DNA of 64,000 bases from Lepidodermella squamata (lineage: Eukaryota > Animalia > Gastrotricha), in NCBI GenBank assembly GCA_047495785.1, contig JBLDXI010000004.1:1054001-1118000 (forward strand). The letters run 5' to 3'. The stretch's first letter is position 1, and each line of letters starts with the position of its first letter. The notes beneath the pieces were generated by a model. It was not told the origin of the DNA. It made no database searches and worked only from the letters and a program-made list of their open reading frames with translations. The translations under genes were made by a program, and so were the position numbers. Below are positions 45,547 to 58,521 of this stretch, piece by piece.

Positions 45547-46487
45547 AGAAGATCACGTCGAAACCATCTAACCCAGTAGCGCAGAAGTCGAAAAAGTTAG
45601 AATCTGGAGCTGAATCAGATGAAAGCGATAGTGTTGTGAAGCCATCAAGAAAGTCCGGCAAGAACGGTAACAGGCGATCGAAAAAGCTGGAAACCGATTC
45701 GGAAACTTCGAATGAATCTTTGCGAGAGTCCCTTTTGGAAGAATCTGAAGCATCTTCGTCTAAATTTTCTGAACTATCGACAAACGTCTCGAAAGTCCAA
45801 GACAGCTTTATTGCTCGAAGCGGGTAAGACGCTCAACCTTTTATTGAAACAACATTAATTTCCATTATTTCTAGGATACCTTGGATCGCCGATTTGAATC
45901 TGGGCGTCGAAGATCGAGAAGCCATCGCGAACCCCAAGGGTTTGTTGACTGACGATATAATGACGGCAATTACTCAATGAGCTCGAGCGCATTACAGCCT
46001 GAACTTGCCAGATGAAGAGGTGACCGCATTCGCTGCTCCCGTTGCAGCTGGTCGGGCAAGTCCCGGATATATGCCGGCCAGTGACAGGGGCTTTCAACTA
46101 CACAATGTCAACGATGCCCACTGGGTGCTATCGTCAACTTTGGAAGGAAAAGTTCAGCTATTCGACTCATTGCCAGGTAGCATTCCAGGACCTTTGGCAA
46201 AGCAACTGATCGACAAGTACCGTGTTCTAGCAACAAACGGTATTCTATACGTCTACATTGAAAAGTGTCAAAAGCAGGAAAACGCTTATGATTGCGGGGT
46301 CTTCGCCATCGCATATCTGTGCGAGATCCTGCTAAATGGCAATCCTGTTTCAGCCATTTTCCAGAAGCCCAAAATGCGGCAACACTTGGTTGACTGTCTG
46401 GAAAAGCAGCAACTACAGCGATTTCCCGCGACGAAAAAGAAGGGCCGCACGCCATCGGCGGAGCTCGTGGAAATTAAGTTAAATTAA
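45547..46487 (+). pseudogene. 3' part of the MULE gene: acidic linker and Ulp1-like (C48) protease domain
   Basis: Intron 45824-45874; GLLTDDIM, HWVL, QLFDSL, KQENAYDCGVFAIAY; in-frame TGA at 45978. Confidence 0.85.
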
Positions 46488-47234
46488 ATTGGGTTATATT
46501 TATGAAAATGATGAGATGATGAGAGACGAGGAAGAATAAAATACCTTCGAGAGCATTTTGTCTTATTTTGTCTTATTCCAGCCTTTTAGCTTAATTATTT
46601 TTCTTATGTACGAATAGCAAAAAATGTGTACATATTTATGTACGAATAGCAGCACCCAAATAAAAAAATGACGAATTAAGAATTAATGGAAGACTTGCCA
46701 GCTGTAATCTAATGCTATTTCCATTTTCAGAAAATAATCAATACAACGAGGATTCGAAATTCTCTATTAGAAAGATCAACGATGTGTGAACTGAACCGGA
46801 ATGATATTATTTGTTATTATAGGGTGTAAAAAAATGAGCTAACCTACAAAATCGTGGGTTTGCGAAATTCGGTCAAGAAAAAAACCGCTGTTATGCCGGC
46901 AGCTGAGTTAACGTGTACAGTGTAAACACATATACGATCATAATTAAAATTGTCTAATTCACTGATTATTAAAAAAAATCGCAGACGCCGCTGTCACGTG
47001 AAATGGCGGCTCGAGGTCGCCAGAGATTTTTGAGTTCAACATTCTTTATGACTGAGCTGGAATATTCATCACCTTCAATTCGCCGTTTTTCATTTCAAAT
47101 GCCAAAGGAAATTTATGTGAAGTTGATTCAGCTTTCCAAACAAGTTTCACAAGCGCTAGCACAAGAATATCAACTCCAATAATCGAATTGCTCAATGATA
47201 GCTATCTAATATAGGCATTTCTTTGAATAATTTG

Positions 47235-50200
47235 ATGATGATCCTGCTGATAACGCTACTAGGCAAGTGCCAATTGCTAGATTATTGTTTTGATTATCAA
47301 ACCTTTGCAATTATAGGCTTATCCTGTATCGCCTGTGGCCTTTGCTGCGCCCCGTCCCAGCAGAAAATCGCCCTCGTAAGTTCGTTAGTTCGAGCATCCG
47401 TCAAATTAATAAGCCTTCGTCGCAAACAGTCATGCAGCAACGGGGGTACGTACGATTCGACGGCCGCGCTATGTCGATGCGCATCCGGTTATGCAGGCAA
47501 GCTGTGTGAAGCGTGTAAGTTCTTCTGAGGGCCTGTGAATTCTCGTCTCGACTTCTCTCATATAGATTCCTGTCCGAACTGTAAGAATGGAGCCACGTGT
47601 GATGGCCCCAACCACTGCAAGTGTCCGAGTGGCTGGCGGAGATTTAACTGCGACGAATGTGAGTCAAAGATCGCTACGACAAAATCAAGTGTTGATTTTT
47701 CTTCCCGGCCACCAGTTTACTGTAGCGAACCGTGGTGCTGGAACGGCGGAACGTGCATCGGCCCTCACAAATGCGAATGCCTGTCGGGTTGGACAGGGGC
47801 GAATTGCAGCCAGTGTAAGCTAACGCCACTACAGATAGACGGGGAGTTTCAATGAAGCTGCTTGTATATCGAATACCCCCCACATAGTACTGTAACCCCA
47901 GCTCGAGAGGTATCGGCAAGATATAGAGACTCGAAAGGGGCCCGAAAATTCGGGGTGGATTATAGCCAAAAATTCCACATCATTCTTCGTACTTGGAGCC
48001 CGTTTACCGACGATGATTGCCTCAAGTGAACTGAATTTGCCTCTGAATTTTTCAGCTGGCTGCAACCTTGCGTGTCAAAATGGTGGTAAATGTGGAGCAT
48101 CCTCAACCCAGTGCACTTGCCCTAGCGGTTTCAGCGGCAATCTGTGCCAAACAGGTTTGATAGCGCCCCTTGAATATTTGTCGGAATCATTCGCTGTAAA
48201 CAATTTGAAGCCAAGTATTTCGTGGCAACGGGGGCTGCGGCTGATTACGCCAAGTCAGCTTACAACTGCTTTTCAGGTGGCGGGCGACTGGCGCAGCCAA
48301 TGACGGCCGACGAGTTAGCGGCTGCGAAGACGGCCGCCGCCGGCACGCCCCGCTACATCGGGCTGACGGCCAAGTTTCGCCTCATTTCCGGCGATTCGAT
48401 AATGACCGGACTCCCGGCGTTCCCAGACACTGGGCTGAACGTGGCGGAAGGCTCGGGTGATTGTAAGTGGGCATTACTGCTGCTTTAGCCAGCGTGAAAT
48501 GAATTTTTCGCCTCATGTCCTTATTTAGCTGGATCATCTAGTGTGACCACCTCGATTGTATGGCGATTTCGCTCGTGCACTGAAACAGTCAGCCACATTG
48601 TCTGCCAGGACGCATCCACGGTAAGTCATCTTTTTTGCGAATTCGAGCTACAATTCGTAAAATGTAATTTTATGCAGAATAGTTTGTGTAGGAAATCACT
48701 TTCAAAATTTTCGCCAAAACTAAATTTTCTGATTCAAGTTATCCTTTTTATCCATTTTCCTTGAACTTTGAATCCTTCAGCCAAGTTGATTTGAAAGCTC
48801 TATAATGTCTCTTTCACAGCGTAAAATGTGGCTGTACGCCCAGAACAACAACTTTGACCAAGCAAAGGCGTATTGCGAGGCGAAAGGCTTGACAATGCTG
48901 AGTATCAAGAAAACCGCAGAGTACTGGCGAGTCCAGTATTTGCTGCAATTCAAATACGTGACTGACATTGCAGTGTGGGCTGGGTTCAAACGCGACCGAA
49001 CACCGCCGTACTACGCTTGGCTGAACAAGCAGCCGTACAGCAGTAACGACGCTCTGCCAGATGGAAACGGCGGAGCTAAAACGTTCAGCGACTCGAAATC
49101 ATGTGAGTGGGATAAATTTACCATACTTTTCGCGTGCTATGGTTACAATTATGTGATACAGGCGGTGCAATAGCCGTTGATGGTTCGCTGTACGCTGTTA
49201 CCTGTACGACTGCGATGACAGCTCTTTGTGAGCGTCCTTCAGGTGGGTTCAATCAATTTTCAATCAAGGTTAACTAAGTATGGATAAAATCACTTGCCAT
49301 TCCTCAACCATGAGGTTCCCCGGGCTTATCTTTCGACCATCGACAGTCCGAACCCATAGGAGTGAGCTCACTCAACTCATGAGCCATCGCTACATGAAGT
49401 TGAATACCTCTCGATGGTGCCCTAAATTTGCATAAAAGCTTCACTTCTGAACCTGAATTGCATACTCGCTCAATTTGAATCCTCTTGGGTTCCAGAATTA
49501 TTGAAACTGAATGGTTAACTGCGGTGGTCTCGTAATATTCAGATTATAACAGTTAAAAAACGTTAAAACTACTCTTATCATAGTAGTGAGATTAACATCT
49601 TGCATCATTTTAGCTATTTGCAACCCTCCGTGCCAAAACGGTGGCTCGTGTTTCGATAACAATGTCTGCTCATGCACTGAGCTCTTCATGGGATCGACGT
49701 GTGAAACCGGTTCGTTTGATTAATTTTAGCCATTGATTATAACAATTACAGCCCTATTACCTATTACGTAGCGCGGCTGTTCGTCGCAGCCGGCGGGCCG
49801 AAGAAGTACGTCGAGGCGATTCGAGCGTGCCAGGCCGAAGGAGCGCAGCCGCTGTCGTACACAGACGCGACTTTTCAGGCGGCTGGTAAGCTGGTTGCCA
49901 ACCAGATTTACTGGCTGTCCTATTCCAGGTCGTTCACATTCGATGACGGCCAGGTGCTCGACTGGGGGCTGCAGCCGGTGAGCTGGTTCCCCGGCGAACC
50001 AACCCAAGATGGCGATTGTGAGTCTATGTCGATTCTTACTGCTTTCAGTGAAGCTTAGCGCTTAGCTAATTGCAGGCAATGGAGTTTGTTAACTTTTTAT
50101 TCAACAAAACTGAAGACTGTTGGAAGGTGTTCTTCCCAGCTATTTATTTCGCATAAAATTGAATTTTGCAAAGTTCGGCTCGAATCGGATTTCGTTAAAA

Positions 50201-51342
50201 TGTAGTTAAAATGCTCAAGAACGCGCGTTTAATTGAGTTGATTAATTTGCGATAGTACCGACCTGATTAATTACATCCAATTACGTTTTAAATTCAGGCC
50301 CCAGATAGTTTTTCAACTATTCGTACATAATTGACTATTCGTACATATTCTCAAACCCAACCCTAACCCAACCCTAACCTGAAATAAAATTCAGTTGAAA
50401 TATGTACGAATAGCCAAAAACTCAAAATCATAGCTTAGCTGGGTGCTGGGTTGCAAATCATTTGAAAAATTGACATCGAAAATAAATAAATTTAAATATT
50501 TAAAGTTTTGAAAATAATTTAATTAAAATGAGATTTTATATGCCATAACTTGAATTCAATATATATATATATATTTTTTTTTTCAGGTCTGACTTTGAGG
50601 ATCGACTCGGCGTCATCTTACGGTTACAACGACGTTCACTGCACGTCGTTCACTCTAATAAACATCTACTGCGCCGATCCGACTTCGGTACGCTGCTGTT
50701 AAATATGAATATTATGAAGAGGAGGGGCTTTGATTAATTGTATATTACTCTATTGTGTTTCAGGGTGAAGTGGCTTTGCAGAGCAGTGACGCCGCAAAGT
50801 CGTGGACAGAAGCAGACACGTTGTGCAAGGCTGCGTCAAAGATGCTGCCGATCGCCGCCGACTCCGCATCAATGTTGAGCCTGGCCACGCGGTTCCCGTC
50901 TGCTGTTAACATTTTTCTAAATGCGAAAGCACGGGCCTTCCCTCTTCACGTTCACGACTACCGATTGGGCGCAGCTTTTGCGTGGACCGCATCAGACAAG
51001 CAGTGTGAGTGCTTTTTCAAAACCGCAGCTTCGAAATACGCTAATATAATAGTAGCAAGAATTTAAATTAAAATTTAATTTAAAATTTAGTTATTCCTGG
51101 AGATTTGTAAGACATCGTTTTTTCACCTGGATTGATAAGTGATTGTCGTATTTTCATTTTAAGATTTCTAAGTTTTATTTAGAACGGTTGGATTTTAGAT
51201 TCATTTAGAACTTGGCTATTCCTGCTTGTTTTCTTTTTTTGTAGGTATGTTCCTACGGGGTGAGTACGGCATCATGTCTGATTGCAACTCGGCGGCCTAC
51301 CCGATTGTGTGCATCAAAATGCCTGGCAATGAACTCATCTGA
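47235..51342 (+). CDS. Host multi-exon secreted EGF-repeat and C-type lectin domain protein
   Basis: Signal peptide, several CxNGGxC...CxCxxGxxGxxC exons and ~4 CTL-like modules (YIGL, VWAGF, SWFPGEP) separated by GT-AG introns; exon boundaries approximate. Confidence 0.8.
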
Positions 51343-52892
51343 GCGGGAGCAAGATACATCATCGACAGACTTCTAAATTCCTCTTCATAATCTTGTTATT
51401 GTTTTCTGCGTCACAAGATGGGCTTCTGAAATAAAGCTGCCTTGAAGTGAAGTTACAGTGCTACCTCGATAGAACTGGGTGCTGGGTCATATAGGGAAAC
51501 AGCTATCGAGAGCATCAAATATTGCAAGTTGCCAGCTGAATTGAGGTGAGAAACCAGTTAAAATCATGTGACGTAGATAGGACGCCGCACTCAGAGCACG
51601 CCGGCTGACAAAAAGGCGTCTTCACTTTTGAGCTCATCAATATTCCAAATAATTTGCAACCTAAAAAAATAATATGTCGGGGCTCCATTCGAATTTGCTT
51701 AATAATTAAAATTAAAAAATTAAATAGTTCAAGTTTCAAAGATCACAAAAAGTAGAGTTTTGGCGCGGTTTCCGAGATACTAGCCGCATTTACACTACAC
51801 CATTCGAATGGTAAATGATGGTAAGTAACACGACCAAATGGATAGTATGACCTATGCCGCGATTTTGACCCCGCCCCTGTTTCGCATGCTTGTCTACTGT
51901 AATCCACAACAACCTCTTCGAATAGAGCTGCCTTCTTTCGCAGGTTGCTAAACAGGTCCAAGTGTCTCTGCCTGTTCGACGTCTCATACTCGAAAGGTCC
52001 AACCAGAGTCCTGCGACGGCCGGGCTCGGGCTTGGGGCTTGGGACATCGCTCTTACCGTTAGCGTTGGAGGAATTCTGTTCACCTAACATTCACTAACAT
52101 TCACAGATGGAAATCATTATCTCCATCTCGGCCAGACCGGCGCGAGTCAATACACAATATTGCAATTATTTAAAAAATTAATTATAAAAAAAACATCATC
52201 CTCCAAAAATTATAGGAAAATTACAGCTTATTACTTGATTTTTTTTGACACTCGCTGATATAATGTGCGGGCAGCGATTCAACACGTAACCTAGGGCTAT
52301 AATTTTGGATTCTGTTACTATTTTTAGCCCTGTTGCCATGGCAACGCTTGGAAATCCGGCGCGCGACTTGTGTTTTTTTCCTAAATTTAAATTTTTCCTG
52401 ATCAATCTTTCGCCCTGGAACTAAGAACAATCTTGTGTTCTCTGATTATTTTGTTCCCAAAATTTTTCTCTGACTCGAAATGAATTCATGCTATTTAGCG
52501 TTGTCTTCACCAGCAATCAATATTGCTTGATCTTTAGTGCTTGTATCATTTCGGCCCATATTTTTGAAATTACCTGATGCTGTTGTGACTGATGCCGTGA
52601 ACAAAGAAATATCGGGATGAGTAATCAAAGATTCGTTTCATGAGATCAGCGATTAGATCCAAGATAAAGCTCAAGCTGGTTTGATGAAAATTCAGGTTTA
52701 TGAGTTGATGGGCATGTCTTGAACTCCGGCAAAAAAGAAACCATGATCGGCCCAATGACTTTTGAATTGCCAATGGACAAGCTGAGATTCCCTGAAAAAT
52801 AAATGGTTGCGAACAGCTACATGAGCAATTGAACCGAAATTATCCCTCCAGAATCAGGCGACTAAAGATGTGGCATTTGCAATAGTTTCTTA

Positions 52893-53509
52893 CCGTATTT
52901 TACGAATTATTAGGCAGGACCCAATTATAGGGCAGAACCGGAATTAAGGGCAGAGGGCAAAGGTCATTTGAAAAAATAAAGGGCAGAACCGTAATAATGG
53001 GCAGGGCCTTACAACACGCGACCAACCTGAGGCGCGTGTCGTGTGTCAATTTGAAACGAAAATCATTATTTTCTGCTGTATGGCTAAACTGTCTATCTGA
53101 TGACACAATATATACGGTCGGCAGTCTGTATTAAGACGACCGGGCACGAAAAAGCCAAGATAATAATCGTGATTCTGACGGCTACGCCCGAACGCAAATT
53201 GAAACCTTTCGTATTGATAAATCGCATTAAGCCTATAAAAGCACTTGATCGCTATAATCGTGACCTGACTATTTGCTACAGCGGTAAAGCAACTTCAATG
53301 AATGACGACCTCACAGCGGTGACAGCGAAGAAGAAATTGACGTAGAAAGTGATTTTGACCAGTGACCTACTGTGACCTGGACTATTCTGATGAGTTTGAA
53401 AAAAATAAAGGGCAGGACCGTAATATAGGGCAGACCCTAAATACAGGGCAGGACTTGGGCTTCGTTTAAAAAAAATATAGGGCAGGGTCTTATAATTCGT
53501 AAAATACGG
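52893..53509 (+). mobile_element. Internally deleted pogo/Tc2-like element
   Basis: TIR CCGTATTTTACGAATTAT, TA on both flanks, AGGGCAG subterminal repeats, residual KTTGHEK...KLKPFVL transposase fragment. Confidence 0.85.
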
Positions 53510-54357
53510 TATTTTATAACAAGCTTGTTCACGCTAAGTGAATAAAAAATCAATTAATATTTGCGAATCGCACTTTTTGGCACGTGCCGATATGAAATCA
53601 CGCAAAAAAACATAGTAGTGAGAAAATTGTGAATGAAAAATGTCAACATTTCGGTTAATGGACGACTAAAAATTCAAATTTCGGAACCGCGCCCTGGATT
53701 TTTGTAGTAAAATCATTAGAAAAATTATGAATTTTCCATATTTTATACCAAAAATCGTGATGGATGTTTTGGAGAAATGATTTGTTTTCGCCATACATTT
53801 GTATAGGGTCCAAAGGTCGCGTGATTTTATTTACACATAAAACAGGGCTTGATCGTGAGTGTCATATCTGCAGCATTTTTTTATCTATGGTTGACACAGG
53901 GGTTGAAAAATCCACAGGGGGTAATGGGTAATCCCTTTGATCCGATTAATTCGAGACGAATAACCCAAAGGCACCTCTGACTCGCGAATCATACTCCCTG
54001 CTGATTAACTACTTCGAGAGGTCCAGGAAAGTCAACTCGAAAAATATGATTTCTCCGCATTGCTGATGTGCTACATGAAAATTGCTCCATTACTCAAGAC
54101 AATAGCGGCTTTCAAGCCGAAATGTCCCATTTTGTAATCGAAATTGTGGTGAACTCATACCGAACACACACAACACTTCTCTTTCCCCTAAAAAGTGTCT
54201 TTCCCTTCATTTTCAGGCTTTATTCCGTTCGACTTCTAAATTATAACATCGGAGAGCATCATTCAAAGATTAGATCATACATGTTTCATACACGGCCATA
54301 CCCTTCCATTTCATCATCAGACACAGCTCACGCGTGTGGTAATACTTGGCAGAAAAT

Positions 54358-56401
54358 TCAAAAGAACCTCTCGCATAAGACGTAGGCGAGCGATAGGTCA
54401 CAAGCAGCAGATATAAAGTACCAAGGGCCTCCGATATAGGCGATATTAGCACAGCCATCGAGCACCAACCCAGTCACTTGCGAATCGAACGTGAATTTCG
54501 AACCATCGTCCCATTTAAAGACTCCCCCTTGCGCGGAGAGGCCGATCCAGTAACGGTAAATATGTTGGTTGATAGACGCCGTTGCAAATTGCCTAGCCAG
54601 AGCCAGCTCTTCGTCTGACCTAATCGTAGCTATCGTAGCGTTGTTAGCAAGGCATGTCGCTACGCCGTCAACTTTACTGACCGCTGAGCCGGACGACTTG
54701 AATTTCAAGAATTTCTTGGTCGCATTCTTGCAGGCGTTTTCGTCGGCATATGTGATGTTGGCCGGAATTTGCAGCTGAGTTGCCGCGTTGCAGCCTATCG
54801 ACTGCCTTACGCAATGAACCGCCCCGTCACTGTTGTCGACACAGCGAACACTGACCTAGAAGTCCAATGGCAATGTTGAACACAAGGGATAATATTTTGT
54901 GAGTATTACCAGAGATCGCAAGCAGTCGGCGTAGTTTCCGACAAAATCTGATTTCGACTGGAAAATCGTTACCTGAAAGAAGAATATTTTAGGACAATTT
55001 TTCACGGATAATGGTTCAATGAAACAAACAACATCATACAAAATCCCTCAAGCAAAATGATTTAGAATTTTTCGTGAAGACCAATTTAGACAAAAAAGAT
55101 TTGCTAAACATTCAGACCAGTAAAACTGTAGATTCAATCCTCGGCTTTTCATGATTCAAGGTTCAAAATCGTAATTAAAAATAGAGATCAGCCTACCACT
55201 GTCATAGGCGACGGGCACGAGTTGCGGCAAACCATTCCGCCAGATGTCGAGCATAAGGCAGCGGGCTGAAATATTTCTGGAATTAATTTTCTATAATTAT
55301 TATTGCACGAAGAACGAACTCCTGCGGCGCAATGGAATCGGTCGATGTGAGTTCCACTACTGTACGACTGATGATAGGAATATTAAAAAATGTGCTTTCA
55401 ATCTTTAAAAGCCAATTAACCTGAGCCATTGAGGTTTGATTGCAGGGCGTTGTTTGGCAGCCGACGAAGGACCGATCGCTTTGGAGGAAGCATCGAATGT
55501 GAGGCATGAAATCAGATTCAATCCGCACAACTGTAGAAGTTGTTATAAACTTTTCAATGAACAACCTCAGCAAAAAGACCCCCTGAGGGTTTTCTCACTT
55601 TTACCTGCCCAACTTTACGATACCTGATTCTAAGAACAATAAAAAACTAACTGTGTTCCTGAGCCAAGCAGAGTTGCATCGTGCTATAGCTGCCGACCGG
55701 GTTCTGCTTTGGGATAATAACAAAAAATGAACAATTTCTCGATTCAATATCAATTAAATCCCACCCCACTATTTGGGCAAGAGCCGTTGATTGGAATGCA
55801 AGTCCGCTGGCCATTTTTGTCACAAGCCGTCGCCTGAATATTCTAAAGTAGGTAAAAATGCCGCGTTTCAATGCCGTATCCAAATAATTTCTCAAAATCA
55901 AACCAAGATTTTTTTGATCGTCGATCGGCACACATCGTACTGCGATGCGAATGAGTCTCCGAGAAATTCAGCCGTCTATATCAAGGAATACGAGTGAGAA
56001 TTTTACTTGATAGTACTACTACAAACCATGACTTCATCATTTTTATCACAGCCAAGATTACGAGGGATGCATCGCATGTTGATTGTTTTGTGGTTGAAAC
56101 AGCTTCGAGCAGCCTAAAATCAAATTTGTGATAGTTGACGAGCTAAAAAGCGACATAACTCACGCCGGATTTGCAGCTCGAAAATGAATTCAACGTGAGC
56201 CCGAGCTTTATTAAATGCCGAAATAGCAAAAATAAAATCAGTGTTAAAAAAATCGCTTGCCTGAAATTCATCGAGGAACGAACAACTTGCTTTACAGCCT
56301 GTAAATGTGTCATTCAAACGGGAGAAACATCGCTTGAATTCTTGTGGATAGGCCGAAGCAGTTATGCTCAATATGAGGAAAACACGAATTAATTCAGTCA
56401 T
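54358..56401 (-). CDS. Host multi-exon secreted Cys-rich protein with C-terminal C-type lectin domain
   Basis: Exon 1 MTELIRVFLIL...KRCFSRLND; last exon YWIGL...FKWDDGS...GC...WY...C...LCER; about 10 short exons. Confidence 0.8.
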
Positions 56402-57084
56402 AATTCGAAATCGGATTTTAAGATGGGTGAAAAATGGACGAGTAAAATAAATGAATGAAATGAAATCACTTACCGATGCGAGCACACGTTGTTTGTGTCA
56501 TTTCCAGGAAAACAACCGGCGATTGACACGCGCTCTTTTCAAATATATTGTAAACAGCGTATTATACTCAACCTCGATAGCTCGATGAATCAATTTGAGA
56601 TTTGAGAAATCCCAAGATTTTATGGGCACCAATTCCTCAAGTGTTTGCCGATGAAGCAAACAATCTGTTGCGTTCGCCACTGCCGCCGAGGACCAACTTC
56701 GGCGTCTTGAAGTTCTACATTCTACAAAACAATCATCTCCGGGCGATTCTCCGCGTCCGCATGGATGACCGTGCCCGGGTCTATAGTCTACACCTTTGGG
56801 CCTCGCAGTAGTATGCCCAGTCTACCCACACATCTGGCTTGTGTTCAAAGCCCCTATGTGAAGAGTCATATCGCTAGCGACGTTGAATAACTCGGAGTCA
56901 GGCTAGTTTACTTCCATTTCAAGGTGAAAAGTGAAAAGTGAAATTCCTTTTGCTAATGCATTCTTATTCAAGTAAAAAGCCGCTTAATCGTCTCCAGTCA
57001 CATTGAAACGGATGAAACGGACAAGCCTAAATCCTAGATATTCAACGTCGCAAACGATATATCCGAAGATTCGACCACCTTTCA

Positions 57085-57459
57085 AGAAAATTGTACTAAT
57101 TCTGTGGCAAACCATGACTTCATCATTTTGATTGCAGCCAAGATTAAGAGGAATACATCGCATGTTGACTGCTTTGCAGTTGAGCAGACTGGAATAATGC
57201 TCAAGAATTCGAAGTTATCACAGTTTGTCAGAAATTCACGCCTGATGAACATGACTCAGGTGACAGCAAGGCAAGGCCGAGCTAAATTGAAGGCATGACA
57301 ATGAAATAAACTAGCAACCTGAAATTCATCCAAGAATGAGCAGTTCATTTTACAGCCTACGAAGGCATCATTCAAGCGTGAAAAGCAACGCTTGTATTCG
57401 GCTTTAACGCCAGCTTGAAAAACGATTGAAGCAAATAAAATTCGAAGAATAAAGGTCAC
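57085..57459 (-). pseudogene. Truncated paralog (first exons only) of the Cys-rich lectin family
   Basis: EYKRCFSRLNDAFVGCKMNCSFLDEFQ; 57100-57190 matches 56025-56100 at the DNA level; no later exons seen. Confidence 0.65.
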
Positions 57460-58521
57460 ATCTTTAAATCTCGAATTTTCAAAAATTATGAAAATATGGC
57501 TAAAATTAATGTCGAAGAAATAGGCCGATAAAGTGTCAACTAAGCGAATAATAAGGGTTCATGTCATTATTTCAGCAATTTCAGCAACACGCGTTCGCAT
57601 CGGGAGAAATTTTTTGATCTCGTTCTCCCTTTCTGCTAACAAAGACAAAAATTGATTGTCCAACGCTCCAGTCAATAAAGCAAATATTCCATAATTGACC
57701 AATCTAGAACATTTATTGTCCTAGTTGTACTATTGCGCAACTCTTCTAACGAAACGAACGAGGTCAAATTCCGAAGTCACGCAACAAATTAAATTATTGT
57801 CGCATGACTAATTTTCATTTCAATTTCCAATTTCCAATTTATCATCATTTCAAATCTTTTGTGTTCAACTCTATTTAATGAATTTTCCAAGTTCCAAGAT
57901 TATGTCTGCTTTTATTTGAAGAATGCCAGAAGTTGTTACGAACCCAAATAGTGTTAGACTAAGTTTCTTTCAATTTCAATCCTGTGGTAAATGATAGCCA
58001 CATTGCGATGAGGTCGCGTTGCTCCTTAGTTTCCAATAGCTAATAAAAGGGCTGTATAGCGATTGCTCAGAACAGTCCCAGCTCGGGCTCGAAGCTTGAC
58101 CACAGGGGGACCTTTATGCTTTTTTCTCTGGCCCCTGCGGAAACTTTAGCGATATAAGGGGGACCCTTACCTATATCCCCCTTTCGGCAAAGTGTCCATC
58201 TTCACTGTAAGGACCGATGGAACTAGCAGGGATGAGCGGTATTTGGCTCTCTGAACCATTTTTAACTGCCAAATTTAGCGGCTGTGGCATCATTTTTTTG
58301 CCTTTTGCCTGTTTTGCCTGTCAACAAAAATGGCATGGAATTTATTTTAAAGAATTTTTAAGATAGTGTAGGCCTGCAGGTTCAAAATAAATTCCCCATT
58401 CCCAAAATCCCATGTTTGGTTCCTTGAATCTGACATTTTTGCATTGTTCCATGGCAAACGATCTATCATTTCTTATTCATTAGATTTTATATCAATCAAT
58501 TAAAAATAAAATCTTAATAGT

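Noticed and set aside
46488-46920. Exact right terminus of the MULE
   Set aside because: Repeated TGTACGAATAGC motifs suggest a subterminal region, but the left end and TSD are outside the window so it cannot be fixed.
50355-50380. Telomeric repeat (ACCCTAACCCAACCCTAACC)
   Set aside because: Only a few imperfect units inside an intronic element bounded by TATTCGTACATA inverted repeats.
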